From the NCBI GenBank assembly GCA_046318675.1, contig JBKCUA010000013.1:109042-173041 (forward strand): a DNA stretch of 64,000 nt, written 5' to 3'. The notes below the pieces were generated by a model. It had not been told where the DNA came from. It made no database searches and worked only from the letters and a program-made list of their open reading frames with translations. Source of the DNA: Holosporales bacterium (GTDB lineage: Bacteria > Pseudomonadota > Alphaproteobacteria > JAJTHO01). Of the stretch, positions 51,097 to 59,951 are shown in pieces; positions within the stretch are counted from its first letter, which is position 1, and every line of letters begins with the position of its first letter. Both the position numbers and the translations under genes were made by a program.

Positions 51097-51574
51097 TGGG
51101 ATCAGATACTGAAATTTTTTCACCCCAAGATTCTATAAGTTTTTTTTGTAACCCTACGTTATATTTTATGCCACTTTGGTGATGCCAAATAAGTATAGTT
51201 CTAATAATTTGTGGAGTAACGATGATAATACCCCATCCAACGCCCGCAGCACTAAGAATTCCAAGCCACTCTCTTGCATCGTTGAGAATTTCAAATCCAG
51301 CGGCGAGACTCCACCCTAAAGGAAGAACCCTAATAAGGGTTGGAGCAATGCCAGCAGCATTCATTATAATGACAGATAAGGCTATACGTTTATTGGGATT
51401 TTTATCCCATGACCATGCTACTAGTCCAGGAAGCATACCTATTGTACAAAGAAGAACTCCGGATAAAGAAATTAAAGACATACAAAGAACAATAAGTCCG
51501 TAAAGAAATTTCACTTTTCCAGTCCAAGATTTTTTTAAATTTGGCGCTCTATTGGGGTTATTTTTTATTTTCAT
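51053..51574 (-). CDS. hypothetical 4-TM membrane protein (T4SS-cluster associated)
   Basis: 173 aa, four predicted TM helices; no recognised family; last gene in the minus-strand T4SS transcript direction. Confidence 0.4.
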   Translation of the reverse strand: MKIKNNPNRAPNLKKSWTGKVKFLYGLIVLCMSLISLSGVLLCTIGMLPGLVAWSWDKNPNKRIALSVIIMNAAGIAPTLIRVLPLGWSLAAGFEILNDAREWLGILSAAGVGWGIIIVTPQIIRTILIWHHQSGIKYNVGLQKKLIESWGEKISVSDPIKKRETMSVQRVER

Positions 51575-51578
51575 GAAA

Positions 51579-53621
51579 TCACATCCTTAATAGGAAAAAA
51601 CAAATAGCAGAAAATAGAGCAATAATTGGAGAAACAACGGCGGTTTTCTTAGCCACAAGGGAATTTATATCTTGTAAGGCATACCGATGAAGGTTTATTT
51701 TTTTATCGATTCTCAAGTATTCGTTGCGTGCATTTTTGAATTCAATGGAATCTTTTTGTCGTTCTTGAGGGCTGTCAATAATATCTAAAATTTTTAAGAA
51801 AGAGCCACTTTGTGCAGCTTGGTCAAGATTTTTAGTAATCTGTGCGCGACGTGGTTCACTATTAAAATGATCAAGATTCTGTTGCAAGGTTTTACTAAAC
51901 CATGTTGTTATTTTTGGAAAAGATTTATTTCCGTTTTTTTGATTTATTGAATGGAAAATACGAAGTAATGCAATATGTGGTATCCAAGGTTGGCTCTTAT
52001 CATTTAATTGACGAAAATATTCTTCTTTTAAAAACTTACAGCGGCTGGCAATAAATGCAGTAATATGTCTATCAATAATAGGATTTTTATAATTTAGATC
52101 AGTATATTTATTTAGCATTGCCTCAAGAGCTGGAAGAATATCTATAGATTCAAGGACTATAGTGTCCTCAAGAATAGAACTTAAACAAGCAGCTTGCGGA
52201 TTAAGCTCATAAAAACATCGCTCAAATCCATAACCAAGTCCTTGGTTCATTATAACAGTTTTGAGAAGTTCTAAAATTTTATCAAGGCGATTTTGTTCTT
52301 CGGAAATAGAACTTTGAGCACGTAACCAAGAAGATGCAAGACCATGTCGGATAATGTCTGTACAAAATTGTCGTTTCTGGTTATCAAAAAGTCCGGCAAG
52401 AAATAGACCCCCAAGCCCATTAATATCAATGGCAACACCTTGATAAAACAAGGGTGCTTCAGGGCATAGAGCAATCAGGGCTTTCGCACTGGTAACGCTT
52501 GGGGGTTGGGTTGCTCGTGTGGCAACGGCAAATATTTCATGCAATGAATTGGCTACATCTTCTGCTTCAAGACTTCGTCGAAGCCATATGTTCATTTTAT
52601 TATCTTGTAGAATTTTTAATGCACTATCCTTGGTTTTTCCTAGTGCATAAACAAGTGATGGAATATTGATATAGTTTATATTATTAAATATTAATGCCCG
52701 ACCAGCTTTTTTCGGAAATGTGGGCACTTTTGGCGATATGCTTTGTCCACCTAACCATTGGGATACTTGATCGATTGTCCATCGGTTTTCTGGATTATCA
52801 TGTAAGGTGCCTTTAAGAAAATCCATCATTTCTTTAGAAAATCGTTTATCGCCGATAAAAGTAGCTAAAGTACCGTTCGTTGTTTTTTTAAAAAGAAGAT
52901 TATCCAGCGTAAGATTTTGTGCGGGATTTTCTCCTTCCAAAAGATGCAAACTAAGTATTCCAAGATTATAAATATCTTCTTGAAATCCGTTGGTACTTTT
53001 TTTATTGGCAGGATCAATAAGCATCATTTCAAGGGGTTCAACGGTAAACGGTATTCTCCAACCAAGATGACCCATGAAGCATTCACCTAAAACAATCGAT
53101 GTTTTTGTATGATCAGAATAAAATATATTACTTGGAGATAAAAATCTGTAAGATAATGAGTTTTTTTGTAATTCGGCAAGTGTATTAATAATCGGACGAA
53201 TAAAAATTTCACGAACATTGAGTTCTGTCCACGGGGTTATTTTTTGTTTGCCGCCCTCAGGAAAGACAGAAGATCCAGGTAAGGGCGCAACAGCGAATAA
53301 AAGACTACCAAAACCAGCACCCAGTGTTTTTTTTTCATAGGCTTCAGGACAAAGAATCGTTGCGTTTGACGTTTTTTTTAGTAGTTCGAGCATATCATAG
53401 CGCGGTGACATCATTTTATCGGCCATGAAAGCAACCATTAAACGTTCTTCATTTAGTAAATCTGTTGCTTTAAAAGCAAAAACCTGACCAAGCGAAAGAT
53501 CATGCATACATTCATGAATAATATCGCCCATATGGACAATGTAACGCTCGCTCAGAATAATTTGGCTTTTTTTACGGCCATCGGTGCCGTCCTGAGGCTG
53601 CGGTTCTTTAATTAAAGTCAC
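51579..53621 (-). CDS. membrane-anchored protein with degenerate Hanks-type protein-kinase-like (pseudokinase) domain
   Basis: 680 aa; Gly-rich-loop-like LGAGFGSLLFAV, degenerate catalytic loop YRFLSPSNIF (cf. HRDLKPSNIL; catalytic Asp and Lys absent), subdomain IX-like DIYNLGILSLHLLEGENP, subdomain XI-like LHDNPENRWTIDQV; C-terminal TM helix. Confidence 0.5.
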   Translation of the reverse strand: MTLIKEPQPQDGTDGRKKSQIILSERYIVHMGDIIHECMHDLSLGQVFAFKATDLLNEERLMVAFMADKMMSPRYDMLELLKKTSNATILCPEAYEKKTLGAGFGSLLFAVAPLPGSSVFPEGGKQKITPWTELNVREIFIRPIINTLAELQKNSLSYRFLSPSNIFYSDHTKTSIVLGECFMGHLGWRIPFTVEPLEMMLIDPANKKSTNGFQEDIYNLGILSLHLLEGENPAQNLTLDNLLFKKTTNGTLATFIGDKRFSKEMMDFLKGTLHDNPENRWTIDQVSQWLGGQSISPKVPTFPKKAGRALIFNNINYINIPSLVYALGKTKDSALKILQDNKMNIWLRRSLEAEDVANSLHEIFAVATRATQPPSVTSAKALIALCPEAPLFYQGVAIDINGLGGLFLAGLFDNQKRQFCTDIIRHGLASSWLRAQSSISEEQNRLDKILELLKTVIMNQGLGYGFERCFYELNPQAACLSSILEDTIVLESIDILPALEAMLNKYTDLNYKNPIIDRHITAFIASRCKFLKEEYFRQLNDKSQPWIPHIALLRIFHSINQKNGNKSFPKITTWFSKTLQQNLDHFNSEPRRAQITKNLDQAAQSGSFLKILDIIDSPQERQKDSIEFKNARNEYLRIDKKINLHRYALQDINSLVAKKTAVVSPIIALFSAICFFLLRM

Positions 53622-53706
53622 GCCTATATTTACCTTGTTGGAATAAAATGGAATCCAAAGATAAAGATAGTATAGAAGTACTAATGTTTCGTAATCGCTT
53701 CGATTT

Positions 53707-55755
53707 TTAAGATGAAGCTAGTTCTAAACTAGCTTTCATGGCTTTTTTAAGCCTTTCTTGCTCTTGTTCGGCAAGGTACTCTGTTTTTCGCCGTTCCATC
53801 ATAAAAGCAGGCATAGGGGGAGCGGCTTTATATTTACCGCCTTTGCTTGGATCCACAAGGGTTTTGAGGACGGGATGTTTGTAATATGCTGGGGTATCAC
53901 ACAAAATAGGCCGAGAAAGATACCCTTGAAAAAGGACATAATGCTTTCCTTTGGGAATGGTCATAAAATCTTCGGGGCGGAGCAAGGGTTGTCCCTGCAG
54001 GCTACGCTGAACGTTGGCGGCAAACGGGTTTGTCTCTCGGCTTACCCCCATGGTGCGGGAACGAGAGGCCGTTTCCACGGTGCGTTGACCCACCATTTCT
54101 GAAAAGCGTTTCGCAGTAGTCTCATTGTTCTGGGCAAGAACAACCTTGGCGGCAGTGGTGGAAATAACCGTTTCTACCTCGTCCTTGCCGTACACGGCGG
54201 TAATCTGCCCTAAATCTTGGCCAATCATCAAAAAGCTTACTTTTTGACCCCGACCAACAGCGGGTCCATCAATCAATGCGCGCAGTTTGGGCATTTGTGG
54301 AAATTCATCAAGAACGAACAATGCAGCAAAAGGACCAACCTTGCGACCATCAGCAGTGGATGACTTTGGTGGGTGGGCAACTAGCCAGGCGGAGAGAGCT
54401 TCGACCAGCAGCCCAGTGATAACGCCCAGAGCTTTGGCATCTTGCTGGGTTACGCAGACATAGATGCTCATGGGTTTATATTCCCCAGTTACCGGATCGC
54501 GCATCCCTCGTACGTCCATGAAGGAAAAATCGCTTTGACTGGTACGATCGCGGACAGCTTTATTTTTAAACACAACAAGACCCCCGTCCATGGTGGACAT
54601 GATAGAGCCACGTTCTTTATCGGGGGTATTGGCCAAGGCTGTAAGTTCTAAGATGGCACGATTACTATAATTACCCGCACGGCATTCTTTTACGGCATCT
54701 GTGAGCATATCCCGCATAGGATCGGCACTCATGGCTGCCATTGGATTGGTTTTGCGAAGCTGTTCAACTTTTTCTTGGGCGGAAATTTGTGCTTCTGTCA
54801 TCCAATCCAGTAGCATAGGAATGCTTGGTTCTTTGCCTTGCCAATTTAGAGGTATATTATTCCAGTTCCCTGCTTCTATTTTTGAGCATAAATAGTGAAT
54901 GAATCCGGCCAGCACGGCTCGTCCTCGTTTTGTCCAGTGGGGATCGGCACTGCCCTTTGGTTCTTCGATAAGAATATTGACCAAGCGATCAACGTACAAA
55001 TCGCGCTGTGCCCCTGGGGGAGGCATAGAAGACGGAGAAAGAGCATTCCATCGTGGATAGAAAATCCCCTTTTCTGGCTGATCAGATGCTGCCCATTCTA
55101 GCTTGAGGCAAAAGCTGTGTTGGCTGCGATAGCCACTTGTAATATCAAAAAGTTCCGGCTTAACGTCATTAATAATCATGGACACGTTATTACAGGTAAG
55201 AATAGTAGGCACGACAATAGCGACGGTTTTACCAGTTCCAGGGGGGGCAACGCACAGGACAGATAAAGTTTCGGGAAGTTTAAGGAATTTACGTTGATAT
55301 TCGCCTAGAACGACAATCCAACCTTTAAGAAGCTGCATTTTGTCAACGTCACGTTTGGTTGCCATTCGGGCATTACCAAAAGTTGTTACCAAAAAGGTGT
55401 AAGGATTGCTTAGCATAAACCCGACAAAAACCACCAAGGTACCGCCCAATGCCGTAACAATCTCAACGGGTAGAAAAATAAACCGCCAATCGTAGGGGTT
55501 TCCGTGGCGAATAGTGGTAATCCAGTTGAGATGCCATTGCCACCAAGCAATAGGATTTTTGGCCATACCAAAATATTGTTCTACTGCCATGACGACTTTT
55601 TGTGAGACACCAAACTTAATAAATGTATATGTTGCTGTAACTAAAGGCACAAAGAAAAAAAAGGCGATAACAGACCCGATAAGCACCTGAAAAAGATATA
55701 GGGTTGCCTGCTTTTGTTCGGCGTAATCTTGGCGGTTAAAGGGGCTTAGAACCAT
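53707..55755 (-). CDS. virD4: type IV secretion coupling protein VirD4/TraG
   Basis: 682 aa; N-terminal TM helices, Walker A PPGTGKTVAIVVPT, TraG/VirD4 family blocks. Confidence 0.9.
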   Translation of the reverse strand: MVLSPFNRQDYAEQKQATLYLFQVLIGSVIAFFFFVPLVTATYTFIKFGVSQKVVMAVEQYFGMAKNPIAWWQWHLNWITTIRHGNPYDWRFIFLPVEIVTALGGTLVVFVGFMLSNPYTFLVTTFGNARMATKRDVDKMQLLKGWIVVLGEYQRKFLKLPETLSVLCVAPPGTGKTVAIVVPTILTCNNVSMIINDVKPELFDITSGYRSQHSFCLKLEWAASDQPEKGIFYPRWNALSPSSMPPPGAQRDLYVDRLVNILIEEPKGSADPHWTKRGRAVLAGFIHYLCSKIEAGNWNNIPLNWQGKEPSIPMLLDWMTEAQISAQEKVEQLRKTNPMAAMSADPMRDMLTDAVKECRAGNYSNRAILELTALANTPDKERGSIMSTMDGGLVVFKNKAVRDRTSQSDFSFMDVRGMRDPVTGEYKPMSIYVCVTQQDAKALGVITGLLVEALSAWLVAHPPKSSTADGRKVGPFAALFVLDEFPQMPKLRALIDGPAVGRGQKVSFLMIGQDLGQITAVYGKDEVETVISTTAAKVVLAQNNETTAKRFSEMVGQRTVETASRSRTMGVSRETNPFAANVQRSLQGQPLLRPEDFMTIPKGKHYVLFQGYLSRPILCDTPAYYKHPVLKTLVDPSKGGKYKAAPPMPAFMMERRKTEYLAEQEQERLKKAMKASLELASS

Positions 55756-56842
55756 CTTTTTTCGCCCTTATTTTTGTCATGCTAGCAGGTTTTTGTACCA
55801 GCGTCACCCCTGATGCTTCATGGGCAACTTTTTTGACAAGATTTGGCGCATCCACAGCGGTGATGATGCGTTTTCCTGAAGATCTATCGATTTGAACAAT
55901 TCGGCCAAAGCTGCGGGCAAGAATTTCAACGGCGGCCTCGGCATCGAGTTCTGGATCAGTCTGGGTGAGGTTTTGCCAGAACGCCCGCAATGCCATTTCT
56001 GGTGAATCGGCGTGAATGGTTGCCATAAAGTTGGAATGACCAGTAGTCATTAAACGGTATATACTTTTAGCATTGGTAACCGAAACCTCTCCGCAGACAA
56101 TAACATCAGGCGTCATTCGGACAACGGTATCAAGGATATGAGTATAGCCAATCTTGTTGGCACCGGCGGTACGCGAAACAACAAAATGAACACGGTTAGG
56201 GTGAGGAACAACAACTTCTCGTGTGTCTTCCACGGTCACAATGCGTTTGTCACGCGGAATAAAATCAATAAGGGCGTTTAAAAATGTTGTTTTTCCTGTA
56301 GATGTTGCGCCGGATATTAATACAGCTTCGCCATGTTGTACGGCGGATACCAAATCTTCATAAGGAAAATCGCTGTAACGCTTTTTTTCAACGCCTCGAT
56401 GCACTAAGTCTTCTTTTGTTTTTTGTTGAGGGCGCAAATCAAAATCATCGAGGCTGAATTTTTTATTCAGATCAAAACGTCTTATACATATAGCTACCCC
56501 ATTGGTATCACCCATTTCATAGCGCACATTGGTGCCAAGCACTGCCTGAAAACGATGTCCTTGTGGTAAGGTTGCGGCAAGAATAGGAAGATCATTGAGA
56601 TCAAAAGACTGTTCTGTAATATTGGCGAGCATTCTACAAAGGGCGTGCAAACTGCGCAGATTTAATTCTGTTGCCGCAACAGGTTCCCACCCAGGCTTTC
56701 CATGTTTTTTTATCATGATTTCGCTGGGACGATTGATGGCGATTTCTTCTACTTCTCTGCTGGAATAATATTTTTCAATGGGCTGAAGTGCCCTGAGGAG
56801 AAGGGGATTATCAAGAGCGGTGCTATTGTTAAAAGTACTCAT
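55736..56842 (-). CDS. virB11: type IV secretion ATPase VirB11
   Basis: 368 aa; Walker A GATSTGKTTFLNAL and conserved His box of the VirB11/GspE-like family. Confidence 0.9.
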   Translation of the reverse strand: MSTFNNSTALDNPLLLRALQPIEKYYSSREVEEIAINRPSEIMIKKHGKPGWEPVAATELNLRSLHALCRMLANITEQSFDLNDLPILAATLPQGHRFQAVLGTNVRYEMGDTNGVAICIRRFDLNKKFSLDDFDLRPQQKTKEDLVHRGVEKKRYSDFPYEDLVSAVQHGEAVLISGATSTGKTTFLNALIDFIPRDKRIVTVEDTREVVVPHPNRVHFVVSRTAGANKIGYTHILDTVVRMTPDVIVCGEVSVTNAKSIYRLMTTGHSNFMATIHADSPEMALRAFWQNLTQTDPELDAEAAVEILARSFGRIVQIDRSSGKRIITAVDAPNLVKKVAHEASGVTLVQKPASMTKIRAKKDGSKPL

Positions 56843-56846
56843 AAGG

Positions 56847-58556
56847 CTAAGGTTTGTTTATAGTTGGATTAACATTGGGGCGGCCTGGACCATAATTATT
56901 TGCGGCGCTGCCGACTTGATTGGTGCCGCTGTTATCAACACCAAAAGCACCAGCAGGGGAGCCGCCTGTATCTAGGCCAGGCTGGCCAAGTGCACCCGCT
57001 TTCGATACTTGGCCTATAATTTCAATCAGGCGTTCAGAACCTCCAGCAATATCACCGCGTTGCAGGGCGCGAATAAGTGCTTGAGCCTGACTCACAAGAT
57101 TTCCGGCTTCACCCGCAACAGTAAGAAGCTGCGGGGTTTTGAATTCAATATCCTGTGTGGGAAGGATAACAAACCGCGTTCCGGCGGGAACAGTGATAAT
57201 GGGCTGAAGGGCAACGGTATTCTGGATAAATTCTTGGGATTTTTGTACTGCGTCAGCACTGAGCTGGCGTACCGCTTGATTTTCTCGTGTGGTTGTCTCG
57301 GAAGTGGATGTGCCAAGAACGCCCAATGCGCCTGTGGTGGTAGTCGTGGTGACTTGTGAGGGTGATGCGGCATAATTAGCCGCAACTCCAATGGCAGAAA
57401 CCAAAAGTGGTATTCCAAAGCGATCAAAAAGACGGTTATCAACATCGCCTATTAAGCCAACGCGCCCCATGGGATCAGCAGAAGGAGAGCGAACATTTAT
57501 ACCAACACCGTCAGGACGAATGATGCGATTCCAGACAACGGAAAGCCGTGACGTTCCCGCCTTGTTAGACCCGTCGTATTCACCAATGGCGCGACTGCCC
57601 GCGGGAATAAGTATGTTACGACCTTCAGCAGAATAAACGTGGTTTTCTATAATGGCAATAACACGTCCTTTGGGGATTTGTGAGCTGATGGTGTTTTCCA
57701 GAACGGCTGGAATATAGCGATCGCTGGTAATCATCCGCGTTCTGTCAATCGGGTATGTTGCCACTGTTTTACCATAACCAATATCTTTGTAGTCTGAGTC
57801 AGACATAATCCATTGATTGCGTTGTTGACCAGTAAAGGAAGGAGTGCTGCTGAGGCGACCTTGGCGACGTTCCATTTGCATACGCATGGCCTCAATTTGT
57901 TGCTGTGTTGGGCCTTCGGGTTTTTGTTGAGCAATTTCGGGGGGAATATAGGCTTCGGCACCGGAACCGGAAAGCTGTATAATAAGGCTGTCGTTCTGAC
58001 CGTTATGGGTGATGACAATACTGGCGGAAATTTTCTGATTATTAACTGGTCTGAACGTAACCTCAAGACGGCAAGCTTTTCTAGAAGGATCAAGCACAAC
58101 CCCAGATAGACAATTTCCGCCGAGGATAAATTCTGTTACGGTCTGCGGGTTAAGGGTGATATTTTTGATGGTGAGTGGCTCATCACCCTCATTTTCAAGT
58201 GTAATGTCACGAGTTTGATCGTCCCCAATGGCGTTACCACTGCCAAAATCAATATTGCCGGTAAGATTTGTTAATAAAGCCGGCTTTTTCGGAGCGTCTT
58301 GTTGTTGACTGGCGATATTAAGCAGATCCTGCACCGGGGTGGCGTCAGCTTTTTGCTCCTGTTGTAGTTGTTGGGGAGCTTGTTGTTCGCTTTTGCCACA
58401 GGCAGATAAGCCCAATACAGCTAAGAATACAATGGCTATGACTAGAAAGTTGTGAAATCCAAAAAGGGGAGCATCCTTGCTCATCATCTGTTTGCCTCGC
58501 TTTCGATACAAACAGTATGGCAAAAATTTAAAATATGTCAATAAAATTTGTGACAT
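56847..58556 (-). CDS. virB10: type IV secretion protein VirB10/TrbI
   Basis: 569 aa; N-terminal TM anchor, Q/P-rich linker, C-terminal TrbI domain (RLSVVWNRIIRPDG…GLIGDVDNRLF). Confidence 0.8.
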   Translation of the reverse strand: MSQILLTYFKFLPYCLYRKRGKQMMSKDAPLFGFHNFLVIAIVFLAVLGLSACGKSEQQAPQQLQQEQKADATPVQDLLNIASQQQDAPKKPALLTNLTGNIDFGSGNAIGDDQTRDITLENEGDEPLTIKNITLNPQTVTEFILGGNCLSGVVLDPSRKACRLEVTFRPVNNQKISASIVITHNGQNDSLIIQLSGSGAEAYIPPEIAQQKPEGPTQQQIEAMRMQMERRQGRLSSTPSFTGQQRNQWIMSDSDYKDIGYGKTVATYPIDRTRMITSDRYIPAVLENTISSQIPKGRVIAIIENHVYSAEGRNILIPAGSRAIGEYDGSNKAGTSRLSVVWNRIIRPDGVGINVRSPSADPMGRVGLIGDVDNRLFDRFGIPLLVSAIGVAANYAASPSQVTTTTTTGALGVLGTSTSETTTRENQAVRQLSADAVQKSQEFIQNTVALQPIITVPAGTRFVILPTQDIEFKTPQLLTVAGEAGNLVSQAQALIRALQRGDIAGGSERLIEIIGQVSKAGALGQPGLDTGGSPAGAFGVDNSGTNQVGSAANNYGPGRPNVNPTINKP

Positions 58557-58565
58557 AAATCACTT

Positions 58566-59924
58566 TTATGGCTGGGGTGTGGTTGAGTGTTTTTTGGGTG
58601 CAACTTTTTTCTTTGATTTTTCAGGTTTAATATCTGTTTTTGCAGGTTGTTCGAGTGGTGATTCTTGAACAACCTGGGTTGTCGGGGCAATAGAAACACC
58701 ACTGTCATCTTTTATCAATGGGGTAGAGGGAAATGGCCGTGGTGGTTTAACGTCGGTGTGTCCGATAACATTTGGAGATTCAAGGATTAAACCTAGATTG
58801 CGATCTTGGCCAATAGTCACGCCAGGTAAAAACACGGAGCGCCCACCTTCAATAACAAATGACTGGGTGGTTGAAATCAAAGGTAAAGTATCAGGCAGAC
58901 GGCAGGGTGCACTTGGCCGTTCTAGTGTTATTGCATTCATGGTTAAATTGACTCCTAGAATACCCTCTTGATTGCGTGTGGCTAATTGTAATGTTGTTGC
59001 CCCCATCGGGTTATCCAGCATTGGGCAACCTTCTGTGGCAGTATTAACGCCGGCAGAGGCTTGTATTTCCCCGCCAAGTGGAACAATAATAAGGCCATTT
59101 TCAATAATACTGTTGCCTAAACGCTGTGCTGTCAGGCGCCGAACAACATCATCGGCGGTAAATTTTCCTAACCAGGCGTCGTTTTGTTCTACAGCACCAG
59201 GTACAAGATCAGTCGGTGAGGCTGTGCTCGCATAGCTAATAAGCCGTGTACGGAAAGCCACCGTAGGTAGACGGCGTTGTTCTTGTAAGAATGATTCTAC
59301 GGCAGCTAAGCTAGATCGACTGGCGGTGAAATGTAACAGGCGTTCTTTGCTGTCAATGTTGACATTAACAGCTCCGGCGGCAGTGATGGCTTCAACAAAA
59401 GAGCGATAGGGATTGCGGGACGCGTTGTATAAGGCGGCATTACTTTTTGGATTGTCTCTTTGATAATCACTAAAGAAGCCCAAGGGAGGAAGGGGTACGG
59501 TGTAGCTGAGCGTTTGTTTTAGATAGAGGGTTTGCCCCTGGCGCAATACGAAAAAATTATTATCTTGGCCTAAAGTATTTAATGCTTCGTCAAGGGTTCC
59601 TGATAAATTAATATTTTGTAGGCCTCGATCGGAAATCCCCGTATCAATATTTAGCTGTAAATCACTGTCCGCAATTAATCCGAGCAATACATCGGATAGT
59701 AATGCTTCTGGTAAAACAATGGATTTGATAGGTCGATTGGGGAGAGGCTCACCTAATTGATCTTGATAAGCCCAGAAAAACGGCCGATTCGTGGCACTGT
59801 CTATAGCAACAGGTATTACAGGCTTAACAATAGAGGGTTCTGGCGGCGTGATTGTTGCGCATCCTGTCATGAATAAATATAAAGCTGTCACTATAATGTT
59901 TTGATTTTTTAATTTTTTTGACAT
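58566..59924 (-). CDS. T4SS-associated lipoprotein with secretin-N0/STN-like domain
   Basis: 452 aa; lipobox LFMTGC; N0/STN-like segment INLSGTLDEALNTLGQDNNFFVLRQGQTLYL; Lys/Pro-rich C-terminal tail. Confidence 0.45.
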   Translation of the reverse strand: MSKKLKNQNIIVTALYLFMTGCATITPPEPSIVKPVIPVAIDSATNRPFFWAYQDQLGEPLPNRPIKSIVLPEALLSDVLLGLIADSDLQLNIDTGISDRGLQNINLSGTLDEALNTLGQDNNFFVLRQGQTLYLKQTLSYTVPLPPLGFFSDYQRDNPKSNAALYNASRNPYRSFVEAITAAGAVNVNIDSKERLLHFTASRSSLAAVESFLQEQRRLPTVAFRTRLISYASTASPTDLVPGAVEQNDAWLGKFTADDVVRRLTAQRLGNSIIENGLIIVPLGGEIQASAGVNTATEGCPMLDNPMGATTLQLATRNQEGILGVNLTMNAITLERPSAPCRLPDTLPLISTTQSFVIEGGRSVFLPGVTIGQDRNLGLILESPNVIGHTDVKPPRPFPSTPLIKDDSGVSIAPTTQVVQESPLEQPAKTDIKPEKSKKKVAPKKHSTTPQP

Positions 59925-59951
59925 TGTTTAATCTCCTATTTTTTCAGGTAA

